Of a stretch of DNA of 64,000 nucleotides, positions 1-12,693 are shown piece after piece; position 1 is the stretch's first letter; every line of letters begins with the position of its first letter. The notes beneath the pieces were generated by a model. That model made no database searches and had not been told where the DNA came from. It saw only the letters and a program-made list of their open reading frames with translations. Both the position numbers and the translations under genes were made by a program. Source of the DNA: Negaprion brevirostris (lineage: Eukaryota); contig JARDVH010000059.1 in NCBI GenBank assembly GCA_030324005.1, forward strand, positions 39,913,921-39,977,920. The letters run 5' to 3'.

Positions 1-69
1 ATGAGTCAGAAATTAAAAGGTATGAATTGGTGCCTCGCTCATAATGCAACTTTACTTCAAAACAGAAGT

Positions 70-1000
70 TGGATGTTGTGTAAACCAAGTTGCCTTTTCA
101 ATTGGAGAGTCTTGCGACAGGCGATGACCAGTTTTACTCCCGAAGACTTATTTGGCGAATCTTCCCCTCAGTGAGGCGAGGAAACTGGTGAGCAGCTCTC
201 CAGCTGTATGTTCTCTCTAGATTTTAATGCACTTTGAGCAAAAGAAATCTGGGGATATGGTTTTCTCTGTGACCCTAACAGGGTGGAGTCTGATAACTCC
301 AACATCACAGAGATCAGGATGCTGCATTTAAAGGATGCCCCAACCTGCGATTTAAAATGATCTCCACCACAGGCATGGGCACCTACCCACAAGGACCAGG
401 ACCCTCCACCAAAAATATTAGGGCAACCCCATCCCACAGTCATGAAAGTGCCCACTCCTACCCCCACATGCATCAACGTTCCGCTATACCCCGCCAAGCA
501 TCAGGATGCTTCCCCCCCGGCAACACGCAAGAAGATCTACCCAATAATGGGTTGCCCCAGAGGGTTAGCCCCTGCAGCCAGGTTGGCTTTATTCAAGGGC
601 ATTCCCCCCCGCCAGTGCAATATTTACCTTGACACCGGCAGGAGGTTCCCCTTGGCTGTTTCAAATTTTTAAAAACCTGTCATGTAGTCAGCAAAGGGGT
701 GAAATATATCATGGGAAAGCCTTAAATTTATTGAAACGCTTTGGGTGGGAACTTCGTTGCTTCACGGGGCATGGAAAATTTGGAGATGGGATTGTGCCAG
801 TGAGAATCCCATTTCCTGAGATCTTGGACTCTCGTTGCCATTTACGGTGATGGCCAACATAGGCTCAAAATCACCCACAGTGTGAAATACTAAAGTCCTG
901 AAGAACCTAGCTTCAGTTTTAAAATAATATTTCAAAGATCCGTTCAACAATGGTTTGAACTCTTTGCACGTGAGCTGGGCTACTTGCAGCTCTTCATTGT
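70..1000 (-). mobile_element. Decayed PIF/Harbinger transposase C-terminal remnant split by a GC-rich MITE (~153-875)
   Basis: The minus strand reads KYNE..AHVQRVQTIVERIFEIL..ARF (~1000-900), then VIACRKTLQLKRQLGLHNI (~130-70). This resembles the YNxAHxxxRxxVERxFGxLKxRF...IxACxxLHN motif of Harbinger DDE transposases. Confidence 0.45.
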
Positions 1001-1036
1001 ACTTATTGCAGCACCATGTCAAATAATAATGTGTGG

Positions 1037-1540
1037 GTTAAGTTGATTTGGCCATGCTAAAATTGCCCGTTAGTGTCTCGATGCAAAGGCTAGAGGGATT
1101 AGCAGGTAAATATATGGGGGTAGGGCATGGTGGGATTGTGGTCGGTGCAGACTCAATGGGCCAAATGGCCTCTTTCTGCACTGTAGGGTTTCTATGATTC
1201 TGTTTATGAGGTGATTGTGAAATAAGACTGGCTGTCTCGCAGTTCCAGGGACCTGGGTTCGAATCCCAGCTTGGGTGATTGTGTGGAGTTTGCACATTCT
1301 CCATGTGTCTGCGTGAGTTTTCCTCCTGGCGCTTTGGTTTCCTCCTGCAGTCCAAAGATGTGCAGGTTAGGTGCATTGGCCATGCTAACTTGCCCCTTAG
1401 TGTTCTAGGATGTGTAGGTTAGAGGGATTAGTGGGGTAATTATGTGGGATTGCGGGGATCGGACCTGGGTGTGATTGTTATCAGTGCAGACTCGATGGGC
1501 TGAATGGCCGCCTTCTGCACTGTAGGATTTCTATGACTCT
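1037..1540 (+). mobile_element. Two tandem HE1-like shark tRNA-derived SINEs (5'-truncated 1037-1202; near full 1225-1540)
   Basis: B-box gggttcgaatccc, body tgtggagtttgcacattctcc...tccaaagatgtgcaggttagg, and CR1-like tail ...ctgtagggtttctatga. Confidence 0.85.
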
Positions 1541-2755
1541 ACCACTGAGAAGGATAAGAGCCTATACTTTTTTTTCAATGCAAAGATAATAAAATTGTAT
1601 GGTATTTGTCTCACCAGAATATGGGGAAAGTTTAATTAAATTTTATTTTGATCTACAGTTGACGTTAAAGAACGTCTACTTAAATGTTATTTTCATGCGA
1701 CCCTGGTCCACTGTTTACTTGCCAGCAACCTGAAATGTTGTGAATTAGTAGCATAAAAGAGGGAAGTTACCTCCCCAACGCTGCCAATAGCAACAGTCGT
1801 GCAAAATGGCAGGTTCAATTGAGATGCTTCTGTTTAAAATGTTCATAACCGCTGCTAAAATCCCTGCCAGTCAGTGTTTTGAAGCTAAGAAGCTNNNNNN
1901 NNNNNNNNNNNNNNNNNNNNNNNNNNNNNNNNNNNNTATAGACAGTACAGGGTCATGAGGTGCTCAGTGAAAATTAACAATTAGAGTTGTGATGCTGGAA
2001 TGTAAATGAAGGCTTCTTGTAGCGACTGGAGAACGGTTGTCTTCTTTACATTAGCATTTAATGTGTAGCATATGATTCTTGAGCAGAAAACCTTAAAATA
2101 TCAGCAGCCTAAGTGCAGGAGTGAAGAAAATTGGCGCTTTATGCATCTTGCCACAATTACCCCAGCTCAGTATTTATGCAATGTTTACATGTCAGAATGA
2201 TTGTGGAATCAGTTCAATTCAAACCAAATGTTTGAGATGTTTTGAATCATTACAGTAGGCTAAATTTTAGGAGGTTGAGATCACTTCCCTCCCTGTACGC
2301 TTGTGTTCAGTGTCTGCGCAGACTGAGAATTTAAAAGCAGTTCTACCACTGAAGAAGAAAAAAACCTCAGAATCTGAAATGAAGATAGATTTTGCTGTAA
2401 ATATACACCTTCAACTTCTGAAAAACAGCAGGCAGAATGCTTGAGATCCTTTATTGACTTTTGAGGCAAAGATGACCATGTTCTTTACCTGCGATGTTTG
2501 GTGGGTTCTCAATGGGTGGGTGTGTAGATGACAGCTAAGGCTGATCCTAAAGGTTTTGCCGCAAATGGGACAGGATACCTCAGACGATATTTTGATCAAA
2601 CTTCTGACTCAGGATTTCCTCTGCTTGCATTTTCTCTCTGCCTTTGATAACATAGAATGCCCATTGTGCAGAAGGAGGCCATTCAACCCATCGTTCCAGA
2701 ACTGACAGCAATCCCGCCAGGGGTCTGTTTACCCCGCTAACCCTCCTGAGACTAA

Positions 2756-3567
2756 GAGCCCTATTTTACTATTCTGACTTGTAAACTCCGACTTGTAAAT
2801 TCTGTCCTCAGTTGCCCCCATAGACACTCAGCCTGAAAAAATAAAGTTGCGAGTCTGAATCATGCTGTGGGCGGGGCTTACCGTGCCCGAAGTGCTGCTT
2901 CTCTGATCGAAGCCTTCAACTGTGCATGTGCAGTAAAAAAAAAATTTGAAAAACGCTCCCCTATCACATCGCTCCCGGACCGCAAAAAGCAGATAAAGCA
3001 GCCTGGGAGCAATGGCTCCCACAAATATCACTGCACCCCCACAACATAACTGTCTGCCTGATGCANNNNNNNNNNNNNNNNNNNNNNNNNNNNNNNNNNN
3101 NNNNNNNNNNNNNNNNNNNNNNNNNNNNNNNNNNNNNNNNNNNNNNNNNNNNNNNNNNNNNNNNNNNNNNNNNNNNNNNNNNNNNNNNNNNNNNNNNNNN
3201 NNNNNNNNNNNNNNNNNNNNNNNNNNNNNNNNNNNNNNNNNNNNNNNNNNNNNNNNNNNNNNNNNNNNNNNNNNNNNNNNNNNNNNNNNNNNNNNNNNNN
3301 NNNNNNNNNNNNNNNNNNNNNNNNNNNNNNNNNNNNNNNNNNNNNNNNNNNNNNNNCCTTCCCCCACCCCCCAGCACCCAAGTCAGAGAGCCGTTGGAAG
3401 CTCAGAACTTACCTCTTCCGAAGTTGGAGCGCCCGAAACGGACATTTGCCGAGCATGTCTGCTTCATGCTGAATCTGTGGGCACGGATCGCGCTATTCAC
3501 CTCATGCTCGACTTTACCAAGTTTTTGCCCCCAAAAACGGGTGCAACACAGTAATAAAATTGGACCC
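2756..3567. mobile_element. Non-autonomous PIF/Harbinger-type DNA transposon inserted in a minus-strand HE1 SINE (2650-2755 + 3568-3730)
   Basis: TAA target duplication (2753-2755 and 3568-3570) and imperfect TIRs gagccctattttactatt / agtaataaaattggaccc. The SINE sequence rejoins when the insert is removed. Confidence 0.75.
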
Positions 3568-3789
3568 TAAGAGTCATTTTAGTGTGACCGATCAACCTGA
3601 CCCGCACATCTTTGGAGAGTGGGAGGAAACGAAGCACAGGATGAATGTGCAAACTCCACGCATTCACTCAAGGCTGGAATTGAACCCAGGTCACTGATGC
3701 TGTTGCTAACCAATGTGCCACCATGCCGCTTGTTTTCACAGGAGGCTGCAGAGTTTTTTATTTGGTTGTGCCAGGCGCAGAAATCCTAG

Positions 3790-4772
3790 GTGAACTTCTC
3801 CCCCTCAATGTCAAATGTCAGAATTCCTAAATGAAGCCTTTGGAGTGTCCATGTCGCACTTCCTGTGACCAAGTACACTCTAGACTCTAACTTTCCATAG
3901 AAGATTCACCTTGTTAATTGCGCATTTGGCATTTTTTCTTCATGATCAGCGTAACTCAGTTGTGACTGTCTCAATATGATTTGGACGCTTGGTATGTCAG
4001 CTCAGGTGAGAACCTCAGTGTCTGGTATTTTGTCCTACCATTTGATCTTCAGCAGCTTCTGAAGTCAGCTGAATTGCAAGTGCTTGAGCTTCTTGGCACG
4101 GTGCTGATATAAAGTCCAAGTCTTGCATGCATAGAGCAGAGTGAACAGGACTATTGCCTTATAGATTGTTGTTTGAAGCCTGCTGAAGGTTATACTTGCT
4201 TTGCATTCATCTCGTCATCAATATAGACAGCTTGAGAGAGAGAGTGTGTGTGCTGCAGAGATAAGTGAACTTATCCACTGCTGACAGAGTCTGGTCATAG
4301 ACTGAAACTTTGAACTTCAGATAGGGCTTTTCTAGAGCACTGATACATTACTTCATTCGTGTTCATGCTGATCATATGTTTGAAGTTGTGACATGCGTTG
4401 GTGAACAAATCCATGCTACATTGTATGTCCCACTGTGCACTAGTTGCTGGTTCATAATCATCAGCAAACAGGAAATCACTAAGTATGTCCTTGGAGACTT
4501 TGGTCCTTCCCTGGAGTTGTCTCAGTTTGAGCAGTTTCCTCTCCATGGTTGGGATTTTACGACCTCGCTCAGGCGAGTCTCTTAAAATCCTGCCCGAGGC
4601 CAATAGAGAATTCCGTTCTGCAAGACTTCGGGCAGGCCTGCCAGTAAAATTCCAGTACAGGTGTTATCTGAGTTTGACGCCAGGATCACTATCATGGAAG
4701 GTGATGAAGGAGATGACCAAGAAGAGCCTACTGAAGAGGTTTGGGATATTGTCAGACAGGCCTGTTTAACTG
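3790..4772 (-). mobile_element. RTE-clade LINE, 3' half of reverse transcriptase (degenerate), containing a small MITE at ~4546-4655
   Basis: Minus-strand peptides VKQAC..PNLFS, KLLKLRQLQGRTKV and DFLFADD...MDLFTNACHNF...ISMNTNEVMYQ are typical of RTE/BovB-like RT. Confidence 0.85.
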
Positions 4773-4775
4773 TCT

Positions 4776-5305
4776 GACCCTCCCATGCTATTTGGTGAAC
4801 ACAATCAAACTCCTGTCGATTGGCAAGGTTCCAGCTGAGATCTGTCATGCTGGGGCCAAGAAGCTCACTGAGCTCTTTCAGTCTATATAGGTGCAAGGAA
4901 CTAGCCCATATGAAAACATAAGAGGCCAACACTGTCCACATGTACAAGTAGAAATTACCCATCTTACAACAATTGTACAGCAATCTCACTCCTCTTTATC
5001 ACCGGCAAAACTTTTGCCAGAATCCTCTGAACTGCTTGGTGCAACATCTTGATCAGGATCTGTTGCCAGAGTAGGTGTGGTTTCAAGAAAAGAACCACTG
5101 AAATGGTGTTTGCAGTTTCAAGAAAATGCCAAGAACACAACATGGACCCCTGTACCATGGTTCTTGACCTGACCAAGACTTTTTGACATCTGTGAGAATC
5201 AACAGTCATGAAGAAATTCATGATGAGTGGTTTGCCAGTTCCATGATGGTGTATTGGCATGAGTACTGGATAAGGATGAGTCCTGTCACTAATTCCAAGT
5301 GAATG
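4776..5305 (+). mobile_element. RTE-clade LINE, preceding part of RT, in opposite orientation
   Basis: Plus-strand, frameshifted: IKLLSIGKVPAEI...KLTELFQSI, ISLLFITGKTFARIL, CGFK, LDLTKTF and FHDG motifs. Confidence 0.8.
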
Positions 5306-5599
5306 CATGTACATAGTATTGAAGAGCTATAATATNNNNNNNNNNNNNNNNNNNNNNNNNNNNNNNNNNNNNNNNNNNNNNNNNNNNNNNNNNNNNNNNN
5401 NNNNNNNNNNNNNNNNNNNNNNNNNNNNNNNNNNNNNNNNNNNNNNNNNNNNNNNNNNNNNNNNNNNNNNNNNNNNNNNNNNNNNNNNNNNNNNNNNNNN
5501 NNNNNNNNNNNNNNNNNNNNNNNNNNNNNNNNNNNNNNNNNNNNNNNNNNNNNNNNNNNNNNNNNNNNNNNNNNNNNNNNNNNNNNNAGGCAGACCACA

Positions 5600-5702
5600 A
5601 GCCGCAACAAAAACAGAAAATGCTGGAAAATCTCGGCAGGTCTGACAGCATCTGTGAGGAGAAATAGAGCGAACATTTTGAGGCTAGATGACCCTTTGCC
5701 AC
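5600..5702 (-). mobile_element. Penelope-like element terminus (shark family 2), degenerate
   Basis: acaaaaacagaaaatgctggaaaatctcggcaggtctgacagcatctgtgagg... The same motif occurs at 8860-8930, 23476-23572, 42955-43165 and 60503-60605. Confidence 0.6.
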
Positions 5703-8519
5703 CGCTTAGATTACAAGCCTGTTGGAATCGGTGAAGTCCCATTTGTTTCTAACACCAGTGAGTCCAGCTTAAAATAAAATGTGTGCATTTCCCTCCAAGA
5801 GAGTGAGTTTGATATGTATTTGAATGAGTTCCATTCTCACTAAAGATGATTTATGCAGCATGGCTGTGATAAAGGTATTAATAGCCCTCTCCATTTACCA
5901 GATGTGAACCTTGACCATGGAAGTCAATGGACCATTGGGCCTGGATTTTCATGCTTCTGTCTGCATCAGAGGGGAGCAGGCATTTAAAATGGTGGGCTGG
6001 ATCTGATCCCTGCCCCATTCCCATGTCAGGCTGTTTTGGCTGGCATGGGATAGGCATGTGTGTAACCAACCTGCACACAGCACTCATGCCTTGTAGGCTT
6101 CACTGCAGGTTTGGATATTTCAACTCACCACCATGATACCATTGAGCTCATTCATTAGTAGATGTATTTCATGGTACCTTAGAACCCTAAACCTGAATCA
6201 GTAACCAGAAAAACAAGCAGTTATTTAACATTGCCCCTCTTACCTTCTGATAAAGCTGTGAATGAAACATGAAAGAATAATTTATTGCAAGGTAATAATG
6301 ATGTTAGTCAAAAATAGCTTACACATCCCACTGCAGTTTTGTCAATATTGCATGCTGCAATACATGCATTAGTCATTTTTGGAGGTCAGCCAAGCATTCA
6401 AAATGAGACCATCTGGCAGTTGTATCATTAAGTCATGTTGAACAGATGGCTAAGNNNNNNNNNNNNNNNNNNNNNNNNNNNNNNNNNNNNNNNNNNNNNN
6501 NNNNNNNNNNNNNNNNNNNNNNNNNNNNNNNNNNNNNNNNNNNNNNNNNNNNNNCTAAGTGACTTCATAATGAATGTTTGGCTGAGCTCCAAGAATGAAA
6601 GTTGAGCTCAGTGTATTGTGCATTTGCACAGCTACAGAAGAATATTCAATCTCTGTTTGACATCTATATTACTTTGTAATGTTATTCTTTCTTGTGGGTT
6701 TCTTTATTTGTGGTTTTCCAATGCCAGTGTGTTTATTACTTGATTAACATGTGTGAAGTGGATAGAATTTTCTGACATTGATATTGTGAATGGCTGTGGT
6801 CGGTTGACACTTTTAAGATGTTATACGCTTAGCCATTATTTTCAACAATGATAAATATGCTTTCAATAATTCTGGTGCAAATTTCTAGTTGAATGGACAT
6901 CCTTCAGCACGATATCCAGCACCAGCACAAGTACAAACACAGCAAATTAAAATAAGGCACTCCCACCATGTTTTCAGGGCCATTAAAAATAAGTAAGAAA
7001 TGTGGCCTTGCCAATATTGCCCACAACCTGAAAGCAGGATTCTGTATGGGCCTTTGGATAATGGTCAGAAGAAGAAACACTGGCTTGTTTTTCGATGGCA
7101 TTATTGAACCACCCCAATGCCTGCCTTTAGCAAGATCGACAAAAGACCTTGTGACTTGAACCTTGGTTTTCCATTAGTTTAAAAACACATCACTCAGTTT
7201 AGCCAATATTACTGTTTGTTCTGATGCACAAGCTTGTTCCTATTATACAGTAGCCATTTTTGAAAACGCTCTAAAATTGTAGTTGTATTTAAGAGTACTT
7301 AAGCAATCATGTATTGATGCACATTGCAAAGCAGGTATTATGATGAACAAGAATGAAAATATTTGTAGACTAGCTGCCAATTCAAAAATCTAAGTAAGCC
7401 ATGCTGCTCTTTCTTTTGAGTATTTAATGTATTTATTATGGAATTGCTTCAAGTAGAAATAGTTCTATATTTCTGCTGCAAAAAAAATGGTTTGCCCATT
7501 TACATTGGAGGGTGGATTCCCACAGCAGCATTGTCAATGAAGAATCAATGAAAATCAATAAGCCTGAATGTAGATGAATAATAGTTATTCTTTTGACTGC
7601 TTTGATGACCTTACCAGCCAGTGGAACAACCTAGGAGTGAATGCTCATCACCATGTGGCCATAATACTGTTGTTTTTGTACTGTTTCCTCTAAGGTCCCT
7701 GGATGGGTCTTGACATGTCTGTAAGCAATAGTACTCTTCCATTTACCGTGCACTACTTCCAGTGGAATTGGGATTTCTACCAGCTGCAGTGCTGTAAGGA
7801 ATTAATGGATAATGTGGAGTATAGTTGAAGCAAAAGACAGGAATTGTGCCGCTGCCCAGATCCTGGAGATTGTGTTCAATGCGGGAAGAATTATTTAAAT
7901 TAGAAATTTTATTAACTCCATTGGAATCATTTATTTGGGATTTAAACTGGGTTTTACTTTCTTGCCAGTTTTCTCCACAAGTTAATCGGGGACATTGTTT
8001 TTTGATTGCATTGGAATTCTGTGCATGTCATTCACTCTCCTAGGCTTGCACAAATAACTATTATTCTAGTCCGATCTTGAGGAGCATCTCAGCTACATGA
8101 ATATTGGTGGGAGCATCACTGTTAAACCCCACTTTACTGATCTCCATACACGCGTACTTCAAGGGGGAGATAAAATTGTAATCGGAAGCAAGAAGCAGAA
8201 TTTTGTTGTATTCTCCAGTTGCTTTCGTTAATTGTTGGATCTGTGCTGTTAGTCCAGCTGAGAGCATCTAATGTATGCAAGATTTGAATCAAACATGGTC
8301 TGTGTGGCCCAGATGGACAAAATTGGACTTTTCCTTCAAGGAGATTTGATGGCATCTCACTGATTTTTAAACTCTGAATTAACAGGGATTTGACTTTGGT
8401 TATACTGAAAAACTTAGTTTCTAATGGGTGGAAGAACAACACCTCATCTTCTAATTAGGATGTTACAGCCTGCTGGACTTAAGTTTTGAGTTTAACAACT
8501 TTAAACACTAAAGTCCACC

Positions 8520-8930
8520 CCACACCCCCGCAATCGTAAACCACACACACCCTTGTGGTTTGTTGTCCATTGTTTTTCAATTCCCTTCCCTGCCCCAGCG
8601 CAACCCCACCTCCTCCCCCACTTGGAAACCTGTCCCTTGCTGTTCAGTTGCTCCCATTAACACATTCTGATATCTCCTTTTGTCGTCAATCACATTCTTC
8701 ATCCCTGAATGCCACCATTAATACCCCCNNNNNNNNNNNTTATCTTATGTCCAGAAGAACGTTGTTCAGGTCGCCTTTGCCCAACCCATCCTGGGCCTTC
8801 TATTCGGCCCTCTTTACATTTCCACCTTCCCCCAGTTCTCTGGATAAAGCATAATTTAGATCCAAATAGTTTCTGTCCAAAGATGCTGCCAGACTTGCTG
8901 AGGTTATCCAGCATTTTCTGTTTTTATTAC
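8520..8930 (+). mobile_element. Penelope-like element 3' region, degenerate
   Basis: C-rich region ending in the gatgctgccagacttgctgaggttatccagcattttctgtttttatt terminus motif. Confidence 0.5.
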
Positions 8931-10419
8931 AATTTAGGTGCTCCAACTGTTTCAAATCAAAATATGTCCTAGACTTAGGTGTAGGAAGTGGTATTAGGTT
9001 TGCAAATAATACAAAACTTGGCAAAATAATGATAAGGGTGGTGTAGAATTGGGATGACATAGGATGGTAAGTAGGCAGAAACATGTAGGTGCTCCAATTC
9101 TTTCAAGGTAGGTCGAGGAAAAAAATAAATGAACTTAAAAATGAGGTGGGACGACTCCCCATTTTCTTTCCAGCTGCATGATCTCTGACTGAGATTCTGA
9201 TGCTGAGATTTTTCTCATGGAAGTGTTTTGGGAAGGCAGCAGACAGAAAACCTGTAGCAGCACCTGCCCACTCCACATAGAAAAAAATAATTCCCAATTC
9301 CACTGGCAACCAATGGTTATGGATTCAAATATTGGAAAAAGACCTAGAGAGGAAATGAGAAATATGAGTATTGTCAGAATCTGGTACATAAATAATTTTG
9401 AAGGGAGTTGGCCAGGTACCTGAGGATGAGGAATAACAGGATAGCTGAGAAGAAGTGGGGTTGTAGAATGAAGCGTGACTATTCATTCAAAGAGTTAAGG
9501 CACAGTGGGACAAATGGCTTATTTTTTGTTGTCAATTTCTGGGAGTTTTCTGAACCTGTTTCAGTTTTGCCCATCAGTGAATAAATCATTGTCGTGAAAT
9601 ATTCATTCATTTGTGTTCTGCCTAAAGTCAGGTCTTCCATTGTTGGTTGATGCTTCAACCTGAGGTGTTGTCTTGACAGTTTTTCTTGTTGTTAGTGGCA
9701 GTTTGCTTTTTGTTCTCAGGGCAGTGGGGGGAGGCAGGTCCCAAGTCAGAACAGAAATTGAACTCACTGTTTGAATTAACTGAACCACACTCTCGTCTTG
9801 TAATCAACTGATTAACCTGCATCACCCACCCCTTGTGAGATGTTATGTCTTGGCATATAAATATGGCACACAAACTCAGACTATCGTTCACTCCTCTGTA
9901 TTGCCTATCTATGTGAGATTGTTTATTAATTTATAAAATATACATTTTATATAATTCTTCTCGTTAGACTATAGCACGGTTAAGACTGCCGGAAAGGATA
10001 GCAAACTAATGGGCAGCGTGGCAGGTTCCTACAAAGGGCTAAAAAGATATTCTAATTTTCAATTAGCTAGCCAACGAATATCTTTTTTATTCATTCAAGG
10101 GGTGTGGGCATCTCTGGCTGGGCCAGTATTTATTCCCCCTAATTGTCATTGAGAGGATGGTGAAATACTTTTATGAATTGTCGCAGTCCATGCAACCAAT
10201 TTATCAGAAAAATTCTTCTACCTTCTTTGACCAGAGACGGTGGTCAAATTTTAGTCTTTCATCCAAATGACTGCCTCAACCAATATTGCCAGATTGGATT
10301 ATATGTTCAAATCCTACCATGGGGCTGAAACACATGTACTCCAGTTTAAAAATGAGCTTGCTACCAGTGAGCTAAAGCTATTGTATAACAAACAGCACTA
10401 TGGTTATGACCTAGTTGGG

Positions 10420-12476
10420 ATTGTTGTGATATGGCTAACAGGGTGATCAGGGGTGGGAACTGAACATCCAGGGGCATTCAGTATTTTGGAAGGGCAGACA
10501 AAAAGGCGGTGGAGTTGCATTTCTGATTAAAGAGGAAATTAATGCAATAGTGAAAAAGGATAGTAGTTTTGATGATGTGGAATCTGCATGGGTAAACAAG
10601 AGATTTGAGATGCATACGATAAAGCAACATCATTAATTGCCTTTATATAGATTGGGCAAATCAAGTTAGTAACAGTACCACAAAGGAGGAATTTCTGGAT
10701 TGTATACAGGATGGTTTCCTGGACCAATACATCGAGGAACCAATGAGAGAACAGGTCATCCTGGACTAGACTGTACAAGGCACTGGTGAGGCCGCAACTG
10801 GAGTACTGTGTGCAGTTTTGGTCCCCTTATTTGTGTAAGGATATATNNNNNNNNNNNNNNNNNNNNNNNNNNNNNNNNNNNNNNNNNNNNNNNNNNNNNN
10901 NNNNNNNNNNNNNNNNNNNNNNNNNNNNNNNNNNNNNNNNNNNNNNTCAAAGGGTGGTGAATCTCTGGAATTCTCTGCCCATTGAAGTGGTGGAGGCTAC
11001 CTTGTTGAATACATTTAAGTCACGGTTAGATAGATTTCTGATAGACAGGGGAATTAAAGGTTTTGGGGAGAGGGCAGGAAAGTGGAACTGATCCACTTCA
11101 GATCAGCCATGATCTTACTGAATGGCGGAGCAGGGTCGAAGGGCTAGATGGCCTATTCCTGCTCCTATTTCTTATGTTCTTATGTTATTGTATAATGAGA
11201 AATGAATAATAGACAATCTAATTGTGTGAGGCCCATTGAGGATGAGCAACCATAATATGATACAATTCTTCACCAAGATGGAGAGTAATGTAGTTGATTC
11301 TGAGACTCAGGTTCTGAAACTAAATGAAGGAAACTGCAATAGTATGAGACACAAATTGACTATGATAGATTGGGGAATTGAAAGGGATGGCAATGGTTCA
11401 GCAATGGCAAACAAAGAGCACATGTGTGAACCATAACAATTATTCATTACTGTTTGACACAGACAGAATTGGAAAGGTGGCCAAGCTATGGCATACAAGG
11501 GAAATTAGAGATAGTATTAGATCCAAAGAAGAGGCATACAAATTGACCATAAAATAAAACAGACCTGAGGATTGGGAGAAGTTTAGAATTCAGCAAAGGA
11601 GTGCAAAGGGATTGATAAAGAAAGAAAAAATATAGTACGAGAGGAAGCTTGCGGGGAATACAAGGACTGTAAGGGTTGCTGTAGTTATGTGAAGAGAAGA
11701 AGTTTATTGAAGACAAATGTAGGCCCCTTACAGTCAGAAACAGTGGAATTTATAAGGGGAGCAAAGTACTGGCTGACCAGTTGAATACATTGGTTCTGCC
11801 TTCACAGCTAAGAACACAATAAACCAGGGTTTAATGAGGAGGAGGAATTGAAGGAAGTCAGTATGAGTGGAGAATTGGTGTTGAGGAAATTGATGGTATT
11901 GAAGGTCGATAAATTGCCCAGAGCCTGATAATCCATATTCCAGAGCACTTAAGAAAATGGTCCTGGAATTAGTGGATACATTGCTGGTCATTTTCCAAGA
12001 TTCTGTAGACTCTGGAACTGTTCCTACAGATTGGAGGGTAGCTAATGTAACGAGGTAGCGCATGAACAAGATCAGTCAGTCAGATCAGTCAGATTAGTCA
12101 GCCTGACATCGGTAGTGGGAAAAATGCTGAAGTCTAATATAAAAGATTTTATAGCAGAGTACTTGAAAACAGTGGCAATCAGCATGGATTTACAAAAGGG
12201 AAATCATGCTTGACAAATTTGCTAGAATTCTTCAAGGATGTAACTAATAGTCTAGATAAGGGGGAGCCAGTGGATGTGGTTTATTTGGGCTTTCAGAAGG
12301 CTTTCAACAAAGTTCCACATAAGAGTGTGTAAAATTTTGTGCGTGGGATTGGGGGTAGGATATTGAGATGGATAGAAAACTGGTTGGCAGACAGGAAACA
12401 AAAAATAGGACAAAATGGGTCCTTTTCCAAATGGCAGGCCATGGGGTACCACTGGGAGAAGTACTAGGACCCCAGC
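10420..12476 (+). mobile_element. CR1/HER1-like LINE ORF2 fragment (endonuclease to RT), with a younger CR1 3' end nested at ~10771-11187
   Basis: The RT motifs [18 protein letters not shown] and [20 protein letters not shown] are recognisable. The nested piece encodes [14 protein letters not shown] and QRVVNLWNSLP and has a (ttatgttc)n tail. Confidence 0.9.
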
Positions 12477-12693
12477 TGTAGTTGTTATCCCTTTAAGAGG
12501 TGTGTATCAGGAGGGTCATGTGACCTGCTTATCCAATGAGGAACGAGCATGAAGATCTCAGACAAAGTGTGGGTTTTTGCCGCCAGATTAATCTTAGACC
12601 TGAAAATGTTAAGTGTCATGTAAATACTTTCACTCGTACAAAAACTTTTAAGTTAGATAAAGAAGCCACTGTTCAAGCCCTTATTACCTGACA
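12477..12693 (+). mobile_element. Solo LTR related to the Gypsy element at 43418-48792
   Basis: Starts TGTAGT and shares gggtcatgtgacctg..ccaat with the reverse complement of the LTR at 48570-48792. Similar length (~215 bp). It interrupts the CR1. Confidence 0.6.

Noticed and set aside
7960-8450. Minus-strand ORFs (68 and 102 aa) in coding-like sequence
   Set aside because: No motif I could recognise and no convincing splice sites; possibly very old repeat debris.
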